Below are positions 56,092 to 64,000 of a DNA stretch of 64,000 bases, piece after piece. Both the position numbers and the translations under genes were made by a program. This stretch comes from Acidobacteriota bacterium (GTDB lineage: Bacteria > Acidobacteriota > Vicinamibacteria > Marinacidobacterales > Marinacidobacteraceae). The notes under the pieces were generated by a model. The model was given only the letters and a program-made list of their open reading frames with translations. It ran no database searches and had not been told where the DNA came from. Each line of letters opens with the position of its first letter. The stretch's first letter is position 1. The stretch covers positions 3,673 to 67,672 of the forward strand of contig JAJDVI010000017.1 in NCBI GenBank assembly GCA_022826195.1, read 5' to 3'.

Positions 56092-56168
56092 GAAACAACG
56101 AGGAGTGTACCGGGAATGTTCCGTGCTGCGGGACCCCGGATCGCCCCGCCCGCGGTAGATTGGTCACC

Positions 56169-56769
56169 GATGCGGGCCGGTGGGGCGGTGACCGGAGCCT
56201 TGGTCCATTACGGGCGGGCCGAGCTGGTCACGGTCGCGGTGGAAGACGGCGCTCCCCGGCTCCTCGATCGGCGGCGCGTCGAGCTGATCGGCGAAGGGCT
56301 TCCGGGCGCGCCCTACCACCACGAGGCCCTGAAGTTGGACATCGGGGCGGCAACCGCCCTGGTGGATCGGGTGCGGCGGTCGGTGGCGGAACGCGCGGGC
56401 GCGGCGATCTCCACCATGTTGGCGGCGCATCGCGCCCGGGTGCTCATCCTGCCGGCGAGTCCGTACGACCGCCTGCCCGACTCGCTGGCGGAGGTGCTGA
56501 GCTCGCGTCCCCTGACCCGTGCCGCCGACGGCATGCTGTATCGCGAGTCTCTGGCTCAGGCCGCGTCCGCCCTCGGAATGGACGTCCGGAGGTACCCGCG
56601 CAACGCCGATCCGGCGCTGCTCGCGGCCGAAGCGATGGAAGTGGACCTCGCGGGGGTCCGCGCGCTGGTCGCCCGGTTCGGCCGGGAGGCGGGAACGCCG
56701 TGGCGGAAGGACCACAAGCGGGCGGCCGCGGCCGCCCTCAGCGTCCTCGGGCGCCAGATACGTCCGTAG
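56169..56769 (+). CDS. Hypothetical protein (its 3' end is partially duplicated at 60340-60492)
   Basis: 200-aa ORF with high GC3. It is divergent from array copy G. It lies in a frame that continues from a long antisense ORF, but this 600-nt part covers otherwise unassigned DNA. The C-terminal ...GREAGTPWRKDHKRAAAAALSVLGRQIRP is echoed by the remnant downstream. Confidence 0.45.
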
Positions 56770-56806
56770 CGCCGGGCGGCGCCGCGGCCCCGCGATCGGA
56801 GGCTCC

Positions 56807-57940
56807 TCACCAGGCCGCGCCGCGCGCGTAGCGGCGCCCGTTCAACTGCTTCCCGATGAACGTCGGCCGCACCAGGTGCCGGTACGCCACCAGCAGCAGG
56901 GCGATGGCGGTCACCACCACGAGAGCGAGCTTCACGATTCCCGGCAGGGGCGCGTCCCTGAGAAGAAGGGGCAGCAGCATGACCACCGGCACGTGGACGA
57001 TGTAGATCCAGTAGGAGGCGTCCGCCAGGTACCGCCAGCGGCGGCTCGGCCGGTCCAGGTAGCGGAGGAACAGCCCGAACAGGGCATAGGCCAGCAGCCC
57101 CATGGCCAGCGCGAGAAAGACGACCGTCCCCAGGTGGTGGACCACCGAAGTCCCGGTGCAGATGCGGTCCGGGCCGGCGTGGCAGCCGGTGTCGGCGAAG
57201 TGGCGGTACGCGAAGAAGCACGCGATTCCCGCGGCCAGGTGCGTCCAGGCGGGCTGCCTGAACCCCCCGAGCGTTTCGCGGCGGTGGAACAGCAGCCACC
57301 CGAACCCGAAGAACAGACCCCACAGCGCCAGCAGGCGCAGGGGCGGGAACGGGCCGGCGTAGTAGTCGATTTCCCACGACTGCATCCGGTACAGGATCGC
57401 CGCCGCGCCCAGGACCAGCGCCGCGATGCCTCCCCGGTGCACCAGGCGCGCGAAGAGATCCAGCGCCCGGACCCGCAGGCGCTCCGGGATGCGAACGGCA
57501 AGGAGCCACGCCCCGGCGGCGATCACGCAGAGGATCATCAGGTGATAGAGGAACCACAGGTGCATGAACAGGTAGCGGCTGCCCTGCGCCCACGTCTGTT
57601 CGGCCAGGCCGTAGCTGAACCCCTGCGGAACCGGGCTGAACCGGGAGAGGAAGGGCAGGATGAAGTACATCGTGACCCCCACGAGGGGCCAGGCCACCAG
57701 GAACGGCACGCCGATCCGGCTCCAGCGCTGGCGCAGGAACCCCCGGACGCCGTGCCGGTGAACCAGGTACGCCCCGAAGAACCCGGCGATCGCGAAGAAG
57801 ACCGGGAGCTGGAAGACGCGGATGAAGACGATCACCCAGCGAACGAGGACGTCGGCCGCGGCATCCTGGTACGGCCATCCCGCGAACACGGTGGGTTCGT
57901 AGCTCATCGCGGCGTGCCGAACCACCCCGAGCGTCATCAT
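56807..57940 (-). CDS. Acyltransferase family 3 (OpgC/OatA-like) membrane protein
   Basis: Starts MMTLGVVRHAA (ATG pair at 57935-57940). ~10 TM helices and conserved His/Arg positions of the acyl_transf_3 family. The ORF-track N-terminal 344 aa are an arginine-rich antisense artefact. Confidence 0.65.
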   Translation of the reverse strand: MMTLGVVRHAAMSYEPTVFAGWPYQDAAADVLVRWVIVFIRVFQLPVFFAIAGFFGAYLVHRHGVRGFLRQRWSRIGVPFLVAWPLVGVTMYFILPFLSRFSPVPQGFSYGLAEQTWAQGSRYLFMHLWFLYHLMILCVIAAGAWLLAVRIPERLRVRALDLFARLVHRGGIAALVLGAAAILYRMQSWEIDYYAGPFPPLRLLALWGLFFGFGWLLFHRRETLGGFRQPAWTHLAAGIACFFAYRHFADTGCHAGPDRICTGTSVVHHLGTVVFLALAMGLLAYALFGLFLRYLDRPSRRWRYLADASYWIYIVHVPVVMLLPLLLRDAPLPGIVKLALVVVTAIALLLVAYRHLVRPTFIGKQLNGRRYARGAAW

Positions 57941-57996
57941 GGCCGCGCGCAGCCGGTCCAGCGCGTGGTACCGGGGAACGGAGACCCGGCCGCCGG

Positions 57997-60012
57997 TCAA
58001 GAGGACGAGTTTCCGGCGCCGTTCGTTGCCGCGGCCGCGTGCGTTCGGCGGCCGAGGACCCGGATGTTGAAGCCGACGGGCCGCATGGTCGGGAACGACC
58101 GCACCCGGAGCGCATGGTCGGGACGGAGCGGTTCCAGAGCGAGTTCCCGCAGGATCGTCGCCATGGTGAGGCCGAGCTGGACCGGGACGAGACCGGCGCC
58201 GAGACACCGGTGGTTGCCAGTCCCGAAGGGGGCGTAGGCGCCGCGCTGCCGGTGTTCGGCGCGGACGTCGGTGTAGCGCTCGATGTCGAAGCGCTCCGGC
58301 TCGGGAAAGTACTCCTCGAGTGCGTGTCCCACCGACGTCCCGACCATGACCAGGGTCCCGGCAGGTATCCGGTATCCCGCGAACTCGAAGGAGTTGGCCG
58401 TCGTCCGCAGGACGGCCGGTGACACCGGATGGAGCCGCAGGGTCTCCATCGCCACGCGCCGCGAGACGTCCAGCCGCCGCAGCCCCTCGCCGGGCGTCAG
58501 GCCCTGCTCGAAGAGGGCGTCGGCTTCGGCGGTCATGCTTTCCATGAGCTCCGGGCGCTTCAGGACGTTTTCGAGCATGAACGCGCAGGTGCTCGCCGTG
58601 GTGTCCAGCCCGACCAGGTAGGGCGCCAGCACGGTCAGGTTCAGGTTGGTCTCGGGAAGGAGCTGGGGATCGGCCTCCCGCAGATCCAGCATGAGGTCGA
58701 TGAAGTCCGGGCCCGCCCGCCGGGGGCCGACCTTCCGCTTGTGCTCGAGGACCGCGCCGGCCAGCTCCTCGGCCCGCGCGCGGGCGCGCCGCATTCGCGG
58801 GAGTTTCATGACGCGCGGGAACACCGACGCACTGATGAGCAGCCCGCCCAGGAGCGTGCTCAGGTCGTTCGTGTAACCGCCGGGTGAGTAGCCCGCCATC
58901 ACGTAGCCCATCTGCTCGGCGATGACGTGCCGGATTCTCGGCAACACCTCGAACCGCTTCCCGACCGGCCACTTCGCGATCTCGTCGCGGGTGATCTCGA
59001 CGACCTCCACCCCCCGCTCCTCCACGACGCGGGCCGCGTATCCCCGGGCCTAGGCCCTCCGGGTGGTGACGTGGTCCACGCCGTCCATGGTCACGATGGA
59101 GCGGGACGCGTCCATCGCGTTATGGAAGTTCGCCATCGGCTCGAGCGACCGGAAGACCCTCTTCCCGTGCGAAGCCAGGAAGTTGGCCGCCTCCGGCCCC
59201 GCGAGGCACACGAACCGGCGTCCGGGAGCGCGGATCCGGAAGACCGGGCCCAGGTCGCGGTACTGGCGGACCAGGAATGCCGAGAGTCCCCGGCTCATGG
59301 CCAGGCCGTTGCCCAGGAGCGGCAGGCCCGGAGCGACCGGGATCTCTTTCTGGGGCCCCGGCGCCGCGGCCGCTGCCGCGGGCGCCTCGCGTCCCTCGAT
59401 CGCCTGGCTCATCGTCCGGCCGATCAGGTCGAGCTTCGTGAGCAGGTCGATGCGGTCCTGGACCTGCGCCCGCTCCTCCGCCGACAGGATGGTGCGGAAC
59501 ACCCCGCAGGCGCCCGCCAGCGCGATCATCGCGATGTCGCGCGGATCCGGGATGTCGTCGCTGAACAGCACCCGCATGATGCGCAGCCGCGCTTCCTCGA
59601 TCTGCTGCCCGTCCGCGGTCGGGTAACGCCGCGACCGGGACACCGAGGGGGCGAGCGACAGGAGCCCGTGCGCCTCGGATCGCAGGATGCCGCGCTCGAT
59701 CAGGCGACCCAGCGCGTCGCTGCGGATCCGGTCGCCCCGCCCCGCGGTCCGGTCGAGCCAGTAGCGCGTGTCGCGCCACTGGCTCTCGCCGGCGATCTCG
59801 GCCAGCGTCGGATCGAGAATGTCGTCGCCGAGCGGCGTGGGGTCCACGAGCATGAGCCGCTCGAGATCCGTTTCGATGCGCTTTTGGAGCGCGAGATCCA
59901 TCAGCACCGCTCCGGCGAGGGCCAGGTTGAGCGAGTCCGGCGGCAGGCTTCCCAGGTCCCCCTGTCCCTCGTCCAGGACGAGCAGCAGAATCTCCTCGGC
60001 GAACGTCAGCAT
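57997..60012 (-). pseudogene. GPP34/GOLPH3-like domain fused to cytochrome P450, interrupted by one in-frame TAG (59050-59052)
   Basis: The N-terminal ~255 aa from ATG 60012 (RBS GGAGGAGGGA) read MLTFAEEILLLVLDEGQGDLGS...ALAGAVLMDLAL...ARLRIMRVLFSD, which is GPP34-family-like. After an Ala/Pro linker comes a P450 N-terminus (PGLPLLGNG...). The same frame continues after a TAG into the P450 C-terminal half (ORF 57997..59025), which has the heme loop FGTGNHRCLGAG. The two ORF-track entries 59050..60108 and 57997..59025 are in the same frame. Confidence 0.55.
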
Positions 60013-60339
60013 TGGCCGCTCCCTCCTCCGGTCGAGGCGTGATCCACCGCCGGCGCCACGTACGGCAACTCGCGCGCCGCCAACATCACGGAGCCCGCGC
60101 GCGCCCACCCCCTGCGCGACCGGCGCCGGGGCAGCGCCGTCAACGTGCTAGTCGGCATTGGCGGCTGGCAGCGATTGTCCGCGGACAATGGCACTCTTGG
60201 GAACGGAAGGAGTCCGGAAAGCGCCGTTACGGCGATCTGTGACGGCATGGTGTCCCGTCTAACTTACAGAAAGGTGACAACAGGCAGAAGTTGTTGTCAA
60301 GCAACACCCGGAACCGGGCCGCCGGGCCTCTGCCGCCGA

Positions 60340-60492
60340 CGGCGTGCGCGAACCTCTGGCTCAGGCCGCGTCCGCACCCGGAGGCCGGACCGCTCACCGC
60401 CGGTCGGCCGGGAGGCGGGAACGCCCTGGCGCAAGGGCCGCGAGCTGGCGGCCGCGGCCCTGAGCGTCCTCGGGCGTCAGGTTCGCCGGTAG
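60340..60492 (+). repeat. Degenerate partial copy of the 3' end of gene 56169..56769
   Basis: TCTGGCTCAGGCCGCGTCCGC (21/21), CGGCCGGGAGGCGGGAACGCC(G/C)TGGCG and AGCGTCCTCGGGCG(C/T)CAG are shared with 56541-56769. A ~110-nt central part is replaced, and the frame is disrupted. Confidence 0.5.
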
Positions 60493-60505
60493 GGCCTGCG
60501 GAACC

Positions 60506-60757
60506 TCACGGCATCTCGTCTTCCGGTACGGGAGGCTGCCCGCCGTCGCGCCGGAGGAGTCGGCGCGCCAGGTCGATGTCGGCGCCGGCCGCCCGGCCGG
60601 TGAAGAACTCGGCGGTCTTCAACGCGGAGAGCTTCTCCGCCACCGCGGTCGTCACGAACTGGTTGATGCTCGTCCCGTCAGCCCGGCTGACCTCGGCAAC
60701 GGCCGCTTTGAGCGACGCCGGCAGGCGCAGGGGATAGGTACTGAGTTGCTTCTTCAT
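60506..60757 (-). CDS. Antitoxin, RHH/HicB-family-like DNA-binding protein
   Basis: Starts MKKQLSTYPLRLPASLKAAVAEVSRADGTSINQFVTTAVAEKLSAL, a ribbon-helix-helix. The ATG overlaps the stop of the upstream PIN gene (ATGA). Confidence 0.6.
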   Translation of the reverse strand: MKKQLSTYPLRLPASLKAAVAEVSRADGTSINQFVTTAVAEKLSALKTAEFFTGRAAGADIDLARRLLRRDGGQPPVPEDEMP

Positions 60758-61176
60758 GACGGGAGCCTCCTCAAGGCATCCTGTGGCGAGAGCAGGGCGA
60801 TGCTGAAGTCTTCGGGAACCTGACCGAAGTCGCGACGATTGAAAGTGACCAGCGCGTCGGCCCGGCCGTTGATTGCGGTCTCCAACACCATCTCGTCCGC
60901 GGGATCGCGCAGCTGGGGTCGCCACAGAAACCGGGTTTCCACCGGCTCCGCAACCGCGCACAGCGCGTTCACGATGGCTTCCACTTCGGTCCCACTCAGT
61001 CCCGACACAATCCGTTGTGCCGGGTCGCGGCAAACAGCCTCGTATTCCAACACGAGCGGTACGGACGCCAGCAACACGAACGCCCCGCTCAGGGCTCGGT
61101 CCAACAAGCTGGCCGATGCACCGTGTGGACTCCGCAGGGCGGCGACGATGACGTTGGTGTCCAGCACGTAGCGCAT
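60754..61176 (-). CDS. PIN-domain toxin (PIN_3-like)
   Basis: MRYVLDTNVIVAAL...VTFNRRDF. Acidic PIN residues are present. The toxin precedes the antitoxin (reverse order). Confidence 0.65.
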   Translation of the reverse strand: MRYVLDTNVIVAALRSPHGASASLLDRALSGAFVLLASVPLVLEYEAVCRDPAQRIVSGLSGTEVEAIVNALCAVAEPVETRFLWRPQLRDPADEMVLETAINGRADALVTFNRRDFGQVPEDFSIALLSPQDALRRLPS

Positions 61177-61391
61177 CACATATGATGTCATATTGTATCA
61201 GATATTAATCCAACTCCAGACATAGCTGGAATGTGCCGAGGAGCAGGGAGTTCCAAACCTTGCGGGCCATCAAGGAGAGCTTTCCGGTTCCGCGGCGCTC
61301 TCGCGCCGCGGGTGCCGGCTGAAGCCGGCGCTCCAAGCCGTTTCGCTGCCTTGTAGGGGGCGGCGTTCCCGAACCGTCCCCCGGGGGGGAA

Positions 61392-61424
61392 AGTGTGAAA
61401 GGGGGGGCTCGCCCCCCCTTTCAC
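61392..61424. repeat. Perfect GC-rich hairpin TGTGAAAGGGGGGG-ctcg-CCCCCCCTTTCACA
   Basis: 14-bp perfect inverted repeat with a 4-nt loop, read directly. It is not followed by a U-tract on either strand. Confidence 0.5.
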
Positions 61425-61515
61425 AAAAAGACAGCGCAAAATCGGAACTCGCCGAAGCGCGCCCAGCGCGCGAGGGAGTTTCGATTTCCGGCACGAAGTG
61501 CCGGGCGGTTCGGCA

Positions 61516-61576
61516 GGGGGCTGGCTTCCGCAACCGGCCTCGCAACTGTCCCGTTCGCGGAAGCCAGCCCCCTGTC
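61516..61576 (-). terminator. Long stem-loop immediately 3' of tRNA-Val (18-bp perfect inverted repeat CAGGGGGCTGGCTTCCGC ... GCGGAAGCCAGCCCCCTG, 25-nt loop)
   Basis: It begins ~8 nt after the tRNA CCA end on the transcribed strand. It is a likely tRNA 3' processing/termination structure. Confidence 0.35.
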
Positions 61577-61584
61577 GGACCGCA

Positions 61585-61659
61585 TGGTGCGCGGTGCGGG
61601 ATTCGAACCTGCGACCCCCTGCGTGTAAGGCAGGTGCTCTTCCGCTGAGCTAACCGCGC
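61585..61659 (-). tRNA. tRNA-Val (anticodon TAC)
   Basis: The minus-strand sequence GCGCGGTTAGCTCAGCGGAAGAGCACCTGCCTTACACGCAGGGGGTCGCAGGTTCGAATCCTGCACCGCGCACCA folds as a cloverleaf. It has a 7-bp acceptor stem, D-loop AGCTCAGCGG, anticodon loop CTTACAC, T-arm GGTTCGAATCC and an encoded CCA. Confidence 0.85.
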
Positions 61660-61726
61660 AATCTCGGCCGGGATTCTCGCAGCAACCCGGGACGCGGGCG
61701 GTCCCCATGCCTTGGGAATTGCGATA

Positions 61727-61741
61727 CATTGCAGTGCAATG
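61727..61741. promoter_or_regulatory. 15-bp perfect palindrome CATTGCAGTGCAATG in a low-GC island upstream of the RND operon (candidate repressor operator)
   Basis: It sits in the only AT-rich stretch (~61710-61770) of the tRNA/RND intergenic region. It extends imperfectly to ACATTGCA-G-TGCAATGc. Confidence 0.35.
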
Positions 61742-61873
61742 CATACTGACACTAGGTATGAAATGTCATGGGATCCGGCCCGCGGTCACCGATGAAGAGT
61801 CCGGCGTCCCACTGCGTAGTTCTCAGGCAGATTCACCGGAACTCCGGAGGATGCACATCCGTTAGGAGAGAGC

Positions 61874-62965
61874 ATGAAGCGAAAGTCCCTGCTCCTGTTG
61901 CTGGCCGCCGCGACCCTCGGCATCGCCGCGGCCGGCCTGTTCGTCGTCCCGAACCTGACCGGGGTCAGCGAAGCTCGCGAGATCACCGACGAGCCCGGAG
62001 AGGCGGCGCCGACCCCGGTGAGCGTCGCGGAAGCGCGGCTCGGCCCGGTGGCCCTCCACCTCACCACCACCTCCGCGGTGGAGGCCGAGCGCACCGCCCA
62101 GGTGCTCTCCGAGACCTCGGGCGTCCTGACCGAGATCGGCGTCCGCGAAGGCGATTCGGTGGCCGCGGGTGAGGTCCTCGCGCGGGTGGACGCCCGCGAG
62201 CGGCGGCTCGCCTTCGAGCAGGCGGAACTGCGGCTCTCGCGCGCCGAGTCGGAACTCTCGCGCCAGCAGCGGGCGTTCGAGCAGGACCTGGTGGCCGAGT
62301 ACGAATACGAAAAGGCGCGCTTCGACCGGGACCTGGCCGCCTCCGAACTGGAGACGGCCCGGCTGGAGCTGGAACGGACCGAGATCCGGGCGCCCTTCGC
62401 GGGCAAGGTGACGGAAGTGATGCTGGTCGAGGGCGGCCGGCTCGAGCCCGCCCAGCACCTGCTGACGCTCGCCGACTTCAACACCCTGGTCGCCCGGCTC
62501 TACGTGCCGGAACGGGACGTGGCGGGACTCGCGCCCGGCCAGCCCGCCGTGGTCCGTCCGGAATCCGACGCGACCGGAACCGGAATCACCGGGCGCATCC
62601 GGGAAGTCAGCCCGATCGTGGATCCGGGCACCGGCACCGTGAAGGTGACGGTGGCGCTGCCGGCGCCGGCGGGCACGGTCGTCCGGCCCGGTTCCTTCGC
62701 CCGGGTCGTCATCGAGACCGGCCGGCGCGAGAACGCCGTGCTGGCGCCCAAGCGGGCCATCGTCCAGGGCGAGACCGGCTCCCATGTCTTCGTGGTCGAG
62801 GGCGGCAAGGCCGTCCGCCGCGAGGTGACCGTGGGGGTGGAGATAGAGAGCCCCGAGGGCGCGCTGATCGAGCTCGCCGACGGGCTGGAGCCCGGGGCGC
62901 GGATCGTGGTCGCCGGCCACGGAGCGCTCAATCCGGGGGCCGCGGTCGAGATCCTGAACAACTGA
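61874..62965 (+). CDS. RND efflux periplasmic adaptor (membrane fusion protein, HlyD-like)
   Basis: Signal/anchor MKRKSLLLLLAAATLGIAAAGLF. Coiled-coil region (LRLSRAESELSRQQRAF...). β-barrel/lipoyl motifs IRAPFAGKVTEV and TGTVKVTVALP. Confidence 0.8.
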   Translation: MKRKSLLLLLAAATLGIAAAGLFVVPNLTGVSEAREITDEPGEAAPTPVSVAEARLGPVALHLTTTSAVEAERTAQVLSETSGVLTEIGVREGDSVAAGEVLARVDARERRLAFEQAELRLSRAESELSRQQRAFEQDLVAEYEYEKARFDRDLAASELETARLELERTEIRAPFAGKVTEVMLVEGGRLEPAQHLLTLADFNTLVARLYVPERDVAGLAPGQPAVVRPESDATGTGITGRIREVSPIVDPGTGTVKVTVALPAPAGTVVRPGSFARVVIETGRRENAVLAPKRAIVQGETGSHVFVVEGGKAVRREVTVGVEIESPEGALIELADGLEPGARIVVAGHGALNPGAAVEILNN

Positions 62966-62996
62966 TCGATCGGCTCCCCGTCCGGAGAAGCGCCCC

Positions 62997-64000
62997 GTGA
63001 AGTCCCTGATCGCCGGCTGCATCCGGCGGCCGGTGAGCGTCGGCATGTTCACCGTGGCCGCGTGCGTCTTCGGGTTCGTGGCCCTCGGCCGGCTGCCGGT
63101 CAACCTGCTCCCGGAGATCTCGTATCCCACCCTGACCGTCGAGACCCGGATGCCGGGCGCCGCTCCCATCGAGGTGGAGACGCTGGTGACCCGGCCCATC
63201 GAGGAGGCCGCCTCGGTCGTTCCGGGGCTGCGGCGGGTCACCTCCCGGTCCCGCGCCGGCACCTCCGAGGTGACGCTGGAGTTCGTCTGGGACACCAACA
63301 TGGACTTCGCCGGACTGGATGTCCGGGAGAAGCTCGACAGCGTCCAGCTCCCCGAGGACGCCGAACGGCCCCGGCTGCTCCGCTTCGATCCGGCCTCGGA
63401 CGCGATCTTCCGGATCGGCGTCTCCGGCGAACGCGGGCTCTCGACGATCCGGCAGTGGACCGAAGAGGACCTCAAGAAGGACCTCGACGCGGTGGACGGC
63501 GTCGCCGCGGTCCGCATCGAGGGCGGGCTGGTCCGGGAGATCCAGGTGGACGTGGACGAGGGCCGCCTCGCCGCCTACGGCATCACCGTCGCGGAGGTCC
63601 GGGACGCGCTCGCGGCCAACAACGTGAACCTCGCCGGCGGCAGCGTCTACGAGGACGAGGCCCGCTACCTGGTGCGCACCCTGAACGAGCTGGACACCCT
63701 CGACCGCATCCGCGCGGTGATCGTGAAGGACACGGAGGGGCGGCTGGTGCGGCTCCGCGACGTGGCCGAGGTCCGCTCCGGTTTCAAGGACCAGGAAGTG
63801 ATCCTGCGCCAGGGCGGCGCCGAGGGCGTCGAGGTCCGTATCTTCAAGGAGGGCGACGCGAACACCGTCCAGGTCGCCGAGGGCATTCGCGCCCGGCTGG
63901 AGGCGGTGGAGGACTCGGTTCCCGAGGGCCTCGCGCTGGCCACCCTCTTCGACCAGTCCCAGTTCATCGAGGGGGCCATCTCGGAGGTGGTGCGGAACGC
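62997..64000 (+). CDS. RND efflux permease (AcrB/HAE1-like), N-terminal part (continues beyond the window)
   Basis: GTG start then VKSLIAGCIRRPVSVGMFTVAACVFGFVALGRLPVNLLPEISYPTLTVETRMPGAAPIEVE, the canonical AcrB N-terminus and porter subdomain. Confidence 0.8.
   Translation, partial: MKSLIAGCIRRPVSVGMFTVAACVFGFVALGRLPVNLLPEISYPTLTVETRMPGAAPIEVETLVTRPIEEAASVVPGLRRVTSRSRAGTSEVTLEFVWDTNMDFAGLDVREKLDSVQLPEDAERPRLLRFDPASDAIFRIGVSGERGLSTIRQWTEEDLKKDLDAVDGVAAVRIEGGLVREIQVDVDEGRLAAYGITVAEVRDALAANNVNLAGGSVYEDEARYLVRTLNELDTLDRIRAVIVKDTEGRLVRLRDVAEVRSGFKDQEVILRQGGAEGVEVRIFKEGDANTVQVAEGIRARLEAVEDSVPEGLALATLFDQSQFIEGAISEVVRN

Noticed and set aside
1-64000. CRISPR arrays, integrases/transposases, rRNA genes
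   Set aside because: No short regularly spaced direct repeats, no recombinase-like ORFs and no rRNA-like conserved stretches were seen. The only tandem repeats are coding (pal linker, Asp-repeat ORF) or the paralog array.

Overview
This is a 64 kb window of high-GC (~70%) bacterial chromosome. Genes are tightly packed, many with 4-bp start/stop overlaps. Gene content (fused IcmF mutase, two-subunit KorAB, DUF1844, a CBM9-like/β-barrel family) suggests an unusual high-GC Gram-negative lineage. A Gemmatimonadota-like origin is a low-confidence guess.

The left ~38 kb is mostly housekeeping.
- Positions 1–5.7 kb: cysS (partial), an RsbV/RsbW/GAF-PP2C partner-switching module, ribF, DUF1844 and mazG.
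- Positions 5.7–13.5 kb: comEC, a hypothetical gene, birA, a standalone B12-binding protein and fused IcmF.
- Positions 13.7–16 kb: an IHF-like gene and rpsA.
- Positions 16.3–21.7 kb: korAB, an EamA-family (DMT) transporter and pdxST.
- Positions 21.8–28.2 kb: a σ54-type AAA+ regulator lacking GAFTGA, pal with a ~40-residue polyproline linker, pyrK-pyrD-pyrF and an orphan GspE/PilB ATPase.
- Positions 28.3–38.9 kb: HU, a TolB-propeller–amidohydrolase, a JmjC/cupin oxygenase, a divergent Asp-rich repeat micro-ORF, a β-lactamase-family lipoprotein, a DAACS symporter, a CitE-like lyase, two secreted acidic paralogs and vapBC.

The main feature is at 38.9–56.1 kb: a head-to-tail array of seven paralogous genes of ~2.2–2.4 kb, all on the minus strand. 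Each encodes a ~730–810 aa secreted protein. Each has a CBM9/DOMON-like N-domain and a C-terminal region ending in the outer-membrane β-barrel signature ...VKFTRL[F/M]RF. The architecture recalls DUF5916. There are two subclades, A–C and D–G. D–G carry ~100–120 bp spacers and show near-identical nucleotide blocks.

The right flank (56.2–61.7 kb) is mosaic. It holds a hypothetical gene whose 3' end is partly duplicated 3.6 kb away. Between the two copies sit an acyltransferase-3 gene and a GPP34–cytochrome P450 fusion ORF interrupted by a single in-frame TAG. These are followed by a PIN/RHH toxin–antitoxin pair, tRNA-Val(TAC) with GC-rich hairpins, and a low-GC palindromic operator in front of an RND efflux operon (adaptor plus partial permease).

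All calls rest on reading the ORF translations and the DNA by eye. No database searches were run. Where I hand-counted positions in the sequence listing they disagreed by 1 nt with the ORF-track coordinates at three boundaries (28583, 24765, 33139). I therefore took CDS boundaries from the ORF track and treat hand-counted coordinates (tRNA, hairpins, palindromes, promoter hexamers) as approximate to ±1–2 nt.
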